This document shows positions 45,441 to 64,000 of a stretch of 64,000 nucleotides of DNA, piece by piece (position 1 is the first letter of the stretch; every line of letters starts with the position of its first letter). Origin of the DNA: the human T2T-CHM13v2.0 reference genome, Homo sapiens. The translations under genes were made by a program, and so were the position numbers. The notes under the pieces were generated by a model. That model had not been told where the DNA came from. It saw only the letters and a program-made list of their open reading frames with translations, and searched no databases. The stretch lies in the NCBI RefSeq assembly GCF_009914755.1, contig NC_060931.1. One strand, written 5' to 3'.

Positions 45441-45955
45441 CTTTCAGTTTTGGATATCCAATATCCTAATCGGTAAAACACGGATAATAATTTTTGCTTA
45501 GTCTATTTTTCAAAGTTTTGGTACAAATGGCAAATAATGTGCAAGAATTTTGTTAACAGCCAAAGGTGTAAAAATATTTCTTAGGCAACATGATAAATAT
45601 TATTCATGTTAATATTTAACTTTAGCTTCCATGAAACTATAGCTGAGTTCCCCCAGCTTGGGTTTTCACACTTTAGGCTAATGTCCACTGTGTTCATTTT
45701 ATTCCCCAGGAAGAGCTGGTTTGTAAGAGTTGCTGCCCTGTCTGCTTTGCTTTCTGCACCTGGGCTCTGCAGGGTAAGTGAGTGAAGGAGACGTGAGTCC
45801 AGTGAAGGGCCATGTCAGTCTAGAGAGCACACACCTCCAGCCAAAGGCTAAATAAACAGGAATTCAGACCTGGTCTTGCCTGATATTTAGAGGGTTTTAA
45901 GTGAAGCTAGCCACCAGATTTTTAAACAAAATCTCCAGATTCTTGAATATAAATA

Positions 45956-46236
45956 TTTTTTTTGAGAACTCCACCCAGGCTGGAGTTCAGTGGCACAATC
46001 ATAGCTCACTACAGCTTCAAACTCCTGAGCTCAATCGATTCTCCCACCTCAGCCTCCTGAGTAGGTAGAACTACAGGTGCGTACAACCACACCCAGCTCA
46101 TTTTTTATTTTATTTTTTGGGGACACAGGGTCTTGCTATGTTGCCCAGACTGTCTTAAACTCCTGGGTTCAAGCAATCCTCCTGGCCTGGCCTCCCAAAA
46201 TGCTGCAATCGCAGGCATGAGCCACTGTGCCTAGCT
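45956..46236 (-). mobile_element. AluJ-like, possibly inside a degenerate hAT-Charlie element
   Basis: Antisense Alu sequence. Confidence 0.92.
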
Positions 46237-46851
46237 TCTAACAATAGATTTTTAAACAATTTTAACACCCTACTATTCAAGCAACACATGACTGGGGGCC
46301 TAACTGAGCTAGCAGTGTGTTACTTCTGTCCAGATTTTGGCCCTTGAAAGAACAGACCAGATGATCCCCACTGAGGCCTCAATATTCAGCACAACACTCA
46401 GCATAAGGCAGATGAAAGGCTCTGGATAAACAGGACCACCATTAGAAATATGGGTTTCCAAGGAGTTAAATAAAGGACTGCTGGTTTCAGTAAATAGCTC
46501 TCTACTTTGTAAAAATCACTAAGCATATGATTCTTTTCCCTAAACAGTATTACAACATATGCAGAGTTTTATTCAGTTGCCAGCTTGCTATTGCACAACT
46601 TTTCAAGGACACTGAGTCTGTTTCCTCGTGTATTAAACGGAAACAATTATGTCTGACCTGAAAATAAGTGAAAGCATGTAAAAATGCTTTACAAACAGTG
46701 ATGATCAATCCAGATGGAAGAAATCATTGTTCTCTAAATTCTGCCCTGGGAGCTAAATCCCACACTCAGAAATTTTAAAACAAGGAACGGAGGCTTTCAT
46801 CTTTCTTCTAACATAGTGTTTCCTTAACTTTAGTTGAGATTTTTGCTTTAA

Positions 46852-47294
<443 letters not shown>

Positions 47295-47304
47295 TCAACT
47301 ACGA

Positions 47305-47606
47305 TTTTTTTTTTTTTGGTCTAATTGAGACAGTCTTGTTCTGTTGCCCAGGCTGGAGCACAGTGGCACGATCTCAGCTCACTGCAACCCGCCTCCCGGG
47401 CTCAAGCAATTGTCCTGCCTCAGCCTCCCAATTAGCTGGGATTACGGTGTGTGCCACAACACCCGGCTTTTTTTTTTTGTATTTTTAGTAGAGATGGGGT
47501 TTCACCATGTTGGCCAAGCTGGTCTTGAACTCTAGATCTCAGGTGTTCCACCTGCCTTGGACTCCCAAAGTGCTGGGATTACAGGTGTGAGTCACTGCTC
47601 CCGGCC
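47305..47606 (-). mobile_element. AluS-like, in tandem with the previous Alu
   Basis: Antisense Alu flanked by further copies of tcaactac(c)aatttt. Confidence 0.95.
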
Positions 47607-47684
47607 CTCAACTACCAATTTTATCTTTGTCCTAAGCAATAATATCCATAAATCCACAGGTTTCATGTCCTATATTTAACTTTT

Positions 47685-47785
47685 ATACACTTACACACAC
47701 ACACACACATACATACACACATACATACACACACATGTGTGTGTAAATACATACATGTGTGTGTGTGTATGTATGTGTGTGTATA
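47685..47785. repeat. (CA/CATA)n to (TG/TATG)n inverted microsatellite
   Basis: Direct reading; 20-bp perfect palindrome at 47726-47745. Confidence 0.9.
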
Positions 47786-48814
47786 GAATACGCATCTGTG
47801 TGCCACCTAAAATCAACTTGCTTATCACCAATTTTTTGATTCTCCCCTTTTGGTATATTATGCTCCACTAGAAATAGTAAAACTTCATGGAAAAATTTTC
47901 TGCCTCTTTCAATTTATTAATTTACTTATTGAACATTTGTCAGCTACTGTCTATCCCACGTAAACCTAGAACAGGCAGGAGAGAATTAAAGTCACAGAGT
48001 TCCCCAACATTTTAAACTCCTCTAAAGAGCTTTGAAAGTCAATGCAGCTAATGAACTTCAAGTAGGAAACGCTCCAAATCTTCCTGCTCCAGATTTCTAC
48101 GGACTTGGTAATGCTAGTGAGTCACAGAGGGTAAGCCTTAGAGAGCCATATTTGCAAAGTGCCTAAGATCTCTCAGACTCTACCCTAGGGGACTCTAGGT
48201 AGTGTCACAAGTGAGTTTTAACAGCAGAGTCTGGTGGCGCCTTCTCAACTGCTTTTATGCAGGAAGCTGTCTGCAACTATGTTCCTAACTACCCAAGCCC
48301 CCTAACATTGTAATTTCTAAGATTGGCTTTAGTCATTTTATAAGATAATGGCATTCAAACTGGTCTCCAGTAGGATATGAGACAATGTTAATAATTACAA
48401 TCTGCATTTAGGCGGCGCCTCTCCTGGCAAGCACTAGAGTTTTACAAACGTTATCTCATTTTCATCTTCATGACACCCTTGTGAAGCAAGCTTTTTTTAT
48501 TGCATTTCTACAGAGAGAGCAGCTGAGGCGTGAAGAGGTTAAATGGATTACCCAATCTGAAATCAGAGACCTCAAACCTGGTTTGATGTTGTCTAAAGAA
48601 AGTATTTGTAATGTGTTTGTGGGGGAGTTTAATGCTAAATGCAGAAAATGTCTCTGAAAATACTTACATTTAGGTCTGTAAACTCATAGACTCTTTAAAT
48701 CTTGTATTCAATGTGGCATCAATGGCATGCACCTTCTCTAATTAGCAAACAAACATTGAGGCTTAATTCCAGAGTCTGACATACTAAATACTCTCTGCCA
48801 GATAACATAATAAA

Positions 48815-49025
48815 TCTTTATGTAGCACTTGCATGCACCAGGCATTGTTCAAAGAGCTCTCTAAATATTAACCTATTTAATCCTCATAATGACTCTACGA
48901 AGGAGGTACCATTATACTACTCATTGTACAGGTAAGGAAACAAGCACAGAGAAGTTAGTAACTTGCCTAAAATCCCTCAGCTGGCAAGTGGCAGAGCCGG
49001 GATTTGAATCCACACAGTCTGATTC
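48815..49025 (-). mobile_element. MIR
   Basis: tttaatcctcataa...aaggaaac...gtaacttgcc...ggcagagccgggatttgaatcc. Confidence 0.8.
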
Positions 49026-49474
49026 TTTTGATGAGAGCATTCTGCAGTCATTAGGCTTATAATAGTTATTTGTTGCAAATGTTCTGTTTCTCATTTACTC
49101 AAGCCAAAGTTTTTCCTATGTCAGTGGTTAGCCTCTTAACCCTATTTCAGGCAGAATCCTCCTATTTAGGCCAATGATCCTTTCCCCTCTGATTGTGTTT
49201 GTAATCTAGGTGATGGCTAGCTGGTATACTAGCAGAGTGAGTGGAAAAGGTGTCAGAAAAGGGTATCAGAGGCTCAGCAACTCAACCCATCTCATTAGAG
49301 TCAACGAGGCACCTCTTAAAAGTATAGAAGAATGGAAATCCTTTCTTCATTTGTGCTTTGGAAAGAGAAAAAGAGTAAAATTCTCCCACCAGTTTGCCCC
49401 AGAATTGGGATGAGTTGTTATAGTAAGCAAAGATGTTTTTCACAAGTGATTTATGCAATATACATTATGTTTGC

Positions 49475-49630
49475 TTTCAAAGTGCTGTACACATTTATTA
49501 TCTCATTTGATCCTTACACAACACCCCAGTGAGGTAATCAGGAAAGCTATTTTTATAATAGCCATTCTACAGATGAGAAAACTGAGGCTCGGCGTCATTG
49601 AATAAACTTGTCCAAAGTCATCCAGCTAAT
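49475..49630 (-). mobile_element. MIR
   Basis: atctcatttgatcct...acagatgagaaaactgaggctc. Confidence 0.75.
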
Positions 49631-50619
49631 GAGCTGCAGGAGCAGAGTATGGGCAGTGTCACATGTATTAATAAGCTCTGTAAATTATCTCACCTCATAT
49701 TAAGCTTAATAGCTTCTGGTGATATCATTACTAAAATCAGACGTTTAAACAAATAAGTCAGAGCGATTCATCCTCAGGGTTGCAGACATTCAGGACACTT
49801 GAGAACATTTAATGATTTCCAGCTTCAGCTCCCTTCCTCAGTGAGAGAACATAAAACAGACTTTTCAGGGTCATGGAAAGGAGAAGGGCTTCCAGATGGC
49901 CACTTCTACCAAACCTGGGACGTGTACTTGCTTGTTTGCCCAGACACTGCCTACTGCCTGAATGAAGGGGAGCTCTAGTCCCGAGAAGAGCCATCTCCCT
50001 TGTTGCAGAAATGTGTCCCTCCTCCATTGCAGACACTGTGCTGAAGAATTCATTCCACCAAAGAAGGAATGAACAGGCAATTCCCTGGGATGAGTAATGT
50101 ATGGGCTAGGAGTTGAACCCAGGAGGTCAAATCTGCTTTTACTTTCTCTATTACATGTTTTCTATAGAAAATTCGTTATTTTTCTCTTCCAGTCACTGGA
50201 ACAATTGCAGTGAATTACCATTTGTGATTTAAGATATTTTGATACTTAGTCTGCCTATTTTTTACACATGCAATTCAATTATTTCACTAATGGGTAATGG
50301 GTCAGTATTCCAAGCATTGACTTCGCCCTTCCTCTGCATAAGATCTTTAGCTCCAGTTGACAGGGACCCAATTGTCTGATATGAGTCCCTTTGGCTTTTC
50401 CTCCCTGCTGCCTCAGGATCTCCTGGATTGTCTCCCCCAGACCCTCTTTCATAGGAGAGGTGGCCTCCTCCCTTCTCCTCAGCATTCTCTCTGTTGTCTA
50501 TAATTTCTCATTTGGTGATTTACCCACTCACACTATTATTACTTTTGTGTCTGACAGAATGTTTCCTGTCAAGTATCCTTTAAAGCCACTGACCAATTTC
50601 ATTTATAAATTAAAATGCA

Positions 50620-50901
50620 GGCCGGGTGTGGTGGCTCCTGCCTGTAATCCCAGCACTTTGGGAGGCCAAAGTGGGCAGATCACTTAAGGCCAGGAGTTTG
50701 AAACCAGCCTGGCCAACATGGTGAAATCCCATCTCTACAAAAAATATAAAAATTAGCCATGCATGTTGGCACATGCCTGTAGTCTCAGACACTCGGGAGG
50801 CTGAGGCACGAGAATCACTTGAATCCAGGAGGCGAGGTTGTAGTGAGCCGAGATCACACCATTGCACTCCAGCCTGGGTGACAGAGAGAGACTCTGTCTC
50901 A
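50620..50901 (+). mobile_element. AluS-like
   Basis: Alu dimer whose tail has become a GATA repeat. Confidence 0.96.
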
Positions 50902-51029
50902 ATAGATAGATAGAGAGATAGATAATAGAGAGAGAGAGATAGATAGATGATAGATAGATAGAGATAGATAGATGATAGATAGATATAGATAGATGATAGA
51001 TAGATAGATGGATAGATAGATAGATAGAT
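50902..51029 (+). repeat. Complex (GATA)n tetranucleotide STR at the Alu tail
   Basis: ~128 bp of GATA, GAT and GAGA units. Confidence 0.95.
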
Positions 51030-51059
51030 CCTAAATAAAAATTGGAGCAACAAGGAACC

Positions 51060-52440
51060 AGAAAAATATCAAGATTAATATACCATTACCAAGTATACAA
51101 GGATTACTCTAAGATTGTAAGTATACTCCAGCATCAGGAAACCTATTAATGTAATTCACCATATTCATGGATTGAAAGAGACAAAACTCATATGACTATT
51201 CCACAGATGTTGAAATTTGATAAAATGTAACATCCTTTCTTGATAACAGCTCTCAAAGATTGGAATAGATGGACACTGTTTCTTTAAAATGATAAATGTC
51301 TCATCTCAAATGTCAGCTTTATTCTTTTTCTCAGGTTTATTCTTAATGGGAAAACAGTAGAAGTGCTCTCATTCAAGGAAGAATAGGACAGTTGGCCAGG
51401 TGCAGTGGCTCATGCCTGTAATCTATTTCCAACACTCTGGGAGATCGTGGCAGGAGGATGGCTTGAGCCCAGGAGTTCAAGACCAGCCTGGGCAACATGG
51501 TGAGGCCCCACATCTACCAAAAAAAAAAAAAAAAAAAACTTAGCCAGAAATGGTAGCACATGCCTATAGTCCCAGCTACTCAAGAGGCTGAGGTGGGAGA
51601 ATTGCTTGAGCCTGGGAAGTCAGGCTGCAGTGAGCCATGATAGTTCCACTGTATTCCAGCCTGGGTGACAGCACAAGACCCTGTCTCAAAAAACAAAACA
51701 AAACAAAACAAAAGAATAGGACAGTTCCAGTATTATTTAATATTGTTCTGAAAGTACGAGCCACTATAATTAGACAAGAGAAAGAAATAAAATACAAAAC
51801 AGCAAAGGAAAAGAGGTAAAATTATAATTATTGGAAAATCTTAGCTAATCAACCATAGAACTATAACAAACAATAGAAGAATTTGATCTAGATGTGTTAT
51901 TCAATGTGTAGAGATATGGACATTCTCACCTTTTGCTGGTAAGAGTATAATTTGATACCACTTATATGGAGGTTAATTTGGTATCAACTATCAAATGTAA
52001 AATGTATATACCTTTTGGCTTAACAATTTCATTTCTAGGAATATATGCATGTACATGCACATACGCAAAATGATATAGTTACAGGATATTTATTGCAGCT
52101 TTATTTTTAATAAATGATTAGAAGCAAATGCCAATGAATAGGAGACTGGTTAGATAAATTATATCACGTAATAGAATATTATATAATCATTAAAAAATGA
52201 GGCGGCTTTCAGGGTGTTGAGTATTGGTGTTAACTATTTCTACAATACGTTGGTAAATGATGAGAAGGAGGTATAAAATCACATGTAAAGTAACTTTCCA
52301 TCTGGACGTAAAAAGAAAGGAATGAAAAAAAGACAATACATATGTTTGTGCTTTTATGTAAATACCTAAGAAACTACCAAAAGTGGGTGCATCTGGGAGT
52401 GAAACTGGGTGACTGAAAAGTAAGAAAGATTCATTATTTT
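51060..52440 (+). mobile_element. Old L1M fragments (ORF2 and 3' region), interrupted by an Alu
   Basis: Peptide remnant [20 protein letters not shown]; caatttcatttctaggaatatat motif. Confidence 0.65.
51394..51711 (+). mobile_element. AluJ-like with an expanded central A tract
   Basis: Perfect 15-bp TSD aagaataggacagtt (51379-51393 and 51712-51726). Confidence 0.96.
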
Positions 52441-52591
52441 GCTATTGGTTTTTGGTATAAATTGTTAGTAAAACAGTTTTTAAAGTATTAGTAAAACAAA
52501 AAATACTAAGAACCAAAATAAACAAATAAGCAAAAGACCAAGAAATCCACTTTCTCCTAAAGAAATGGAAAAGAAATCCACATGGAACCTG

Positions 52592-53046
52592 CTTCAGTAT
52601 CCATTGCTGTATAACAAACCATCCCAAAACTGAATAGCTTAAAACAACAAAAATTTATTATGCCTTACAATTCTGTGAGTTGACTTGGCTCAGCTGGGCA
52701 GTTCTGCTCCACAGGGCATAGCTGAGATCACTCAGGAACTGCACTCAGTGGGGAGCTTGGCTGGTGCTGGTACTCACAAGATGGTGCTTCAACCTCCAGA
52801 ACCTTTCCATGTCTTCTCATGGTTCAGTAGTCTACTGAAGCTGCTGGATAGCATGGTAGCTGGCAGAGCACAAACATGGCAGCTGCCTGACGTTTGAAGT
52901 CTTAGGCCTGGAGCCAGCATGGTATCACTCTTTCCTCATTCTACTAGTACTCAAAGACCAACCCAGATGCAAGGGATGGGGAAATAAACCCCGTATCTTG
53001 TTGAGACGAATGGCAAGGAATTTGCAGCCGTCTTTAATCCACCACA
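52592..53046 (-). mobile_element. MLT1H-like MaLR solo LTR
   Basis: attgctgtataacaaaccatcccaaaact...tttgcagccgtctttaatccaccaca. Confidence 0.8.
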
Positions 53047-54334
53047 GACCTCCACATTTGCTCAGCTCAAATCACTACAAGTTATCACAATATTATTTGG
53101 AATTATTTCTTGAAGTGTTAATAAATCTGGGTCAAAATCTCATCTTGTGCAGCTTTTAGTAGTTACTGTTTCTCCAAAAGAACAAAAAAGCTCAATTTCT
53201 GGCCTTAGGTTAATAGAAAAATAATTTATAGAATCTTAAAATTTAAGACCTGCTTTAAAAACTGTTTAAAATTCAGTTAGAATTTATATAGGTCTGTTTT
53301 ATAGATACAAAGATCAGGTGGCATATCTATGAAATCTAGAGAAAGTGGGTGAAATGAATTTTCATCAACTTTTTTCTTTTCAAAAAGAAAAACCAATATG
53401 TTTCTGCAAAAAAGATGAGTATTTCTGGAAGGCAAAAACAACTATAAATCAGAGGTGTCAACTAGCATTATTACTAACTCTAGAGAAGAGCCTGCTCTGG
53501 ATGCCCTGCCCAGAAACTCCTTGCTGGCCACCAGGAGTCCCACTGACTTCCCAAGAAAGCTGATAAAAAGGATGTAGGGCTTGAGATAAGGCCTCCAATC
53601 CACCAGAGTGAAAATGCCCTGTCAGCTATAATCCAGCCTTCTCACCAGTCCTCAAATATGTCTTATTTCTTCTTGCCTCTGAGTTTCTGCAGATGCCATT
53701 TCTCTGTATCATGATGTCCCACACTCTCCTTCCCACATTTTTGTTTCTCATTTTGACTTAGCTAACTCCTTTATCCGTCAGGTAATGGGATTATATTTCT
53801 CATCCACAGTGAAACTTTCTTTGATCCATCCCCTTCCCAAAACTAAGTCAGATGCTCTTGGGACAATTACCACCTCTGTTATATAGAAAGTTTTGCAGAA
53901 ACTGCCTGACCTCTTTTCTGGGGCCTTCACCTGCTGCTCAGGGGTGGCCCTCAACAGCTATGTCTGTCCTCTAACACCAGCATCCCTAGCTCAGTCCAGT
54001 TAGTCCAAAGGCAGACACTAAATACAGGGTGGACCAATGACATTCCCTTTTTAACTGAAATGATTACAGTTGTTGATAACTAAGTCACACTAATGAAACA
54101 TAATAGAAGGAAGATTCACAAACTGTTGCCAAAGGGGTAGAGCTAATTTTGTTCCTGCACTTGTTTATCTCTTCCTTGGATCCTGTTAGACTTCTCCAGT
54201 CTCTCCCATGAATTCAGTTCTTTCATGAAGTTTTCCAGAGTTGTCTATAACTCCCAACCAAAAGACTTAACACAATTTATACCAACTGGCATGAACTCAC
54301 ACTTGCATGCATGATTGAATGGTTTAAGTATTTG

Positions 54335-54485
54335 CCCTATGTCCTTTCTTGGAGCTAGAATGTAAGTTCTGTGAGGGCAGGGAAGGTGTCTGCCTCGTTT
54401 GGTGTTGCATCTTGAGTACCAAACAGAGTGCCTGGCACACAGTCAGCACTTAACAAATATTTGTTGAATGAACGAATTGATGGAA
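54335..54485 (+). mobile_element. L2 3' end
   Basis: tagaatgtaagttctgtgagggcaggg...gcctggcacacagt...aaatatttgttgaatgaa. Confidence 0.8.
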
Positions 54486-55491
54486 ATAAAAGACTGATGC
54501 AACTCTTTGGGAAGTGCCTGGGAAAGAATGACTTCACTTTGGCTGGATGAGAGGTTTAAGGGACCATTGTGGATTTGGATTCCATGTTAGTGAGAAATGC
54601 TTTGAATTGAAACCTTTGATTAGATTGCTCAGGTAGTCTCTTAGCTCAACTTTTGGAAAATGATGTCTCACAATCCTATCTTATTTTGTGGGAGGAGGAG
54701 TAAGGTACAAACACCTTGTCTACATTTGAATGCCAAGATTGGCTGAAGGAGATTTCTCACCATGGACAGGAAGGTCTCTCAAAATTGAGTCTGGGCAGGA
54801 GGGGAAGATGCTCTGGGACGCATAGGACATTGCAGGACTGTGTGGCCCATTATAGACCCATTCCTGAGAGGGCAGCTGTGCAGCAGGAACAACCCTGATG
54901 TAGCCTCTGGTGGTTACTATGTAAGGACAGAGCAGCCATGACAGCCATTTTCAGCCGGGAGAGCTGCTGGTGGGTAGATGGGAGTGAGAAGATAGGGGAA
55001 ATCCCATTTCCTGTCTTCACCAGTCACCACGTATAAGGCAAACTGGAAACAGGGCTGGCAGGGATGACATTTCAGTATCCAAATTGATTCTAAAGCCACA
55101 GAGCTCTGGGGTTGGCCCCTCCTCTCCAAGCTGTTAACACTTCATGGCTAGTATCCCAAGAGTTATACTCTCAGCTGCATGCTGAGGTATTTTAGTAAAA
55201 AGCAGGGCTCCTGCAGGACACAGGTTTTTAATTCATCACAGAAGTGCATCTCTTTGTAATTTTATATTTTTTGTAGCACATGAGCCCACCAGATAACTTG
55301 GTCTGATGTGTGAAAATTGACTTCAGGAAATGAGAACTTTGTATTTTTATGTTTTAGCTATCTACTTTCTAATCGTCCTGAAAGGTGAAACAACTTTACA
55401 TTAGAATATGTCTTGATAACAGCCAAACTGTGGATGAAAAAACATTTCTAAACTATGGAATGATATCCAACTAAGAGTCAAGGACAGGCTG

Positions 55492-55812
55492 GGGCAGGCA
55501 CAGTGGCTCACATCTGTAATCCCAGCACTTCAGGAGGCCGGGTCAGGATGACCTCTTGGGGCCAAGATTTCAAGACCAGCCTGGGCAACACAGCAAGATC
55601 CTGTCTCTACAAAATTTTATAATAATTAGCCAGATGTGGTGGTGTGTGTGTGTGCTTGTAGTCCTAGCTACTCTCTGGCCAAAGCCAGAGGATTGCTTGA
55701 GCCCAGCAGTTGGAGGCTGCAGTGGGCTACGATCACACCACTGCACTCCAGGCTGGGTGACAGAGTGAGACTGTGAGACCCTGTCTCTCTTAAAGAAAAA
55801 AAAAAAAAGAAG
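55492..55812 (+). mobile_element. AluJ-like (diverged)
   Basis: Alu dimer with A-rich tail. Confidence 0.92.
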
Positions 55813-56144
55813 AGAGCCAAGGAGGAATGTCTGATTTCCCAACAGTCACAATCCAGTAACCCTCAGGCCTAGTGACTCACCTCATTCTTCGTGGGGAGGG
55901 TTCCAGCTCTGCCAGTTCAAGTTTGCCCAATCCTGTTAGGAAAATACTCTGCCAATGTACAGGTGTCTATGTAGAGGTGAGACATTTTTGTCAATTACCA
56001 TGGGTTCAAGACCACCAAATCAATTTTAGTAACAATTTTATTCAAAACATTTCTTAATATTTGGTGAGTGCCTATAGCTTTAAAATGTTTGTTTAACAGT
56101 TCTTAAAAGGCCTTACTCTAGTTAGCTGAGGGGGAATTCTATAG

Positions 56145-56340
56145 GCCAGTGGCTAAGCTCCTACATGCTGTAGTCAGACAGCCTTGGTTCAAATCTCCAT
56201 TCTCATGTTCATTAGGATGTGACCAGTTCCTTAACCTCGCTACACCTCATTTTCCTCTTCAGTGAGATGGAGATAATAATAGGACATCCCTCATAAAATT
56301 GATTAACTAGCACATAGTAGGTGCTTAATAAATGTTATTA
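56145..56340 (+). mobile_element. MIR
   Basis: gtcagacagccttggttcaaatc...cttaacctc...cctcattttcctc. Confidence 0.7.
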
Positions 56341-56397
56341 CTCCAGCTATCTTTAACCCTGATAATAGAAAATTATTGTATAAATTCAGCTTTCTTT

Positions 56398-56928
56398 GTG
56401 CGGCAGTTTTTAAAAACTGCTACAAATTCTCTGACACTGTTCCCCTTGAGGCGGTGTCTGTGCCCTCCACTTGCATCTGGGCAGGATTGTGACTGCTTTG
56501 ATCATTAGAATCTATCGGAAGTGGCACTATGTAATGTCCACGGTTCAGTCATAAAAGAACATGCAGCTTGTGCCTTGTTTGCTGAAACAGAGCCACCAGG
56601 TAAAGAGCCCTCGACTACCCTAAGGCTTCCATGCTGGAGAGGCCACTAGTAAGCACTCTGGCTAACAGTCCTATCCGAGTCCAGCCATCCGGAAGTGGAT
56701 CTTCCAGCCCCAGCTGTTTCAGTCCTCAATTGCTCTAGTTACCCCTGCTCCCCATCAGCTGTCGGAGTCCTCCCAGCTGAGTTCTCAGACTGTGGAGTAC
56801 AGACAAGTCATTCCCACTGACCCTGGACACATACCTGGCCCCATGAATCATAAGCATAATAGAATGGTTATAATTTTATGCTACTAAATTTGGGGTGATT
56901 TGATACACAACAATAGGAATATGGAACA
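56398..56928 (+). mobile_element. MLT1G/H-like MaLR solo LTR
   Basis: acaaattctctgacact...catgctggagaggcca...ctactaaatttggggtgattt. Confidence 0.75.
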
Positions 56929-58086
56929 TTTCAGAAATAATGGATATAGCGGTAACAATGGGATAAGAGGGAAAATTTAACCATATCGAAATCATCAGAT
57001 CCTATCTTGATCTATGTGCACATTTTTCAAACACATATATAGTGTCTAATGATTGCAAAGTTCACTTTCGAAGCTAAAAGTTCTATGATAATCTGCAGGA
57101 CCTGCAGCAAACAGAATGTCATATGAACTCCACAGTCTGAAAGGGCCCAAGGGGAAGCACACTAGCCCATGTAGACAGAGATTCCCCTTGCTTCTGTTCT
57201 TGAGAGAACTGAGGGGAAATGAAAGCTGAAAATAAAAGCCCTTGGTTTAAATGGATCCCCATTGCATTTCATCCTATCAGATCAATAATGCAGAGATTCC
57301 TAAAATCAATGTGCTGGGGCAGTTTTAACAAATGCACTTGCCTGTTCATTAATATTCTGACTTTTAAATATAAACACACATACCTCTTTGTTGTGATAAG
57401 AATTACAGTATATTAAAGACAGCAAGATAAACACTACCCATTAGGTTATCAGTTTAATTTTATAAATGAGGAAACTGAGGTTCAGTAAAGCAAGAAAAAC
57501 TTGCCATGATAAAAGAAACAACAATGCCTTTTACCCAGCACCAAAGAATATGCCAATATCCAGGCCTTTCTTTGGATGCAGAAATAAACATGAAAATGCT
57601 GAGTACATCCCCTAAAGTTCTACCCCCGGTTCAACTCAAATCATAGGAAAGCTACATATTAAATTTATGGTTTTACCTCCCTACGTGAACACCTTCCCTG
57701 ATCTAAGATGGATTCACCATTGCAGCCTAGTTTTCATCATGGTTAGGTGTAAGAAATGGCCTTCTGTCATTGCCTGTATGGGGTTTGATATATTTCACAC
57801 TAAAAGATCCAAATGGCTGTCTTAGAGCTAGGTTCATAGAAGAATTTTGTATTTCCTAATGATCTTGGTTTAATTAGATTACAAAAGCTCTGGAATGGAT
57901 CTTGTTTCCCTTGGCATGCGGCTGTGTTAATACATGTGGTAACCGCATGTGAATCCTCTTTCGTCCATTGACAGGCTGTGTGAGCAAGTCACCTTCCTAA
58001 GACTCCATTTTTGTATCCTGAATGAGGGTGACTATTCTACAACCTGCACCAGAGTTGTGAAGATTAAACCAGGTACTATGACATGA

Positions 58087-58557
<471 letters not shown>

Positions 58558-58587
58558 TTATTTGTTCATAATTATAATTCCAAAGAT

Positions 58588-64000
<5,413 letters not shown>

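Noticed and set aside
48225-48430. CTCF-like strings (tctggtggcgcc, ggcgcctctcctggc); also 54903-54916
   Set aside because: Mismatches or wrong spacing at core positions.
49161-49175. CArG box CCTATTTAGG next to CCAAT
   Set aside because: A few CArG matches are expected by chance in 64 kb, and there is no CpG or other support here.
50902-51029. Identity with the forensic marker D7S820
   Set aside because: That marker is a simple GATA run at a different 7q21 locus as I recall; this repeat is complex and cannot be named from sequence alone.

Overview
Primate (most likely human) genomic DNA, rich in Alu, L1, L2, MIR, MaLR and hAT repeats, with no intact protein-coding exon. Bases 1-13011 look like the last intron of a + strand gene. 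A strong acceptor opens a ~3.4 kb, largely repeat-free terminal 3'UTR exon (13012 to ~16440, AATAAA at 16417). I recognise this from memory as the non-coding last exon of CDK14 (PFTK1, 7q21.13); this was not checked by alignment. If so, the rest of the window is the CDK14-FZD1 interval and FZD1 lies beyond the right edge. The longest ORFs in the track are L1 or Alu remnants; the rest look like chance ORFs. I found no convincing new biological system. The best observations are structural: (1) a twin-primed L1PA3/4-like insertion with a 20-bp TSD and a 38-bp inverted duplication of the RT active-site codons; (2) a ~150-bp local duplication of an old L2 fragment; (3) two Alus stacked on one target site, one carrying a small insertion that creates a near-perfect U2 branch point and pyrimidine tract; (4) a nested palindrome holding two STAT5-type GAS sites; (5) several CpG-retaining candidate enhancers. 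Repeat subfamily calls come from remembered consensus sequences, and boundaries of old repeats are approximate.
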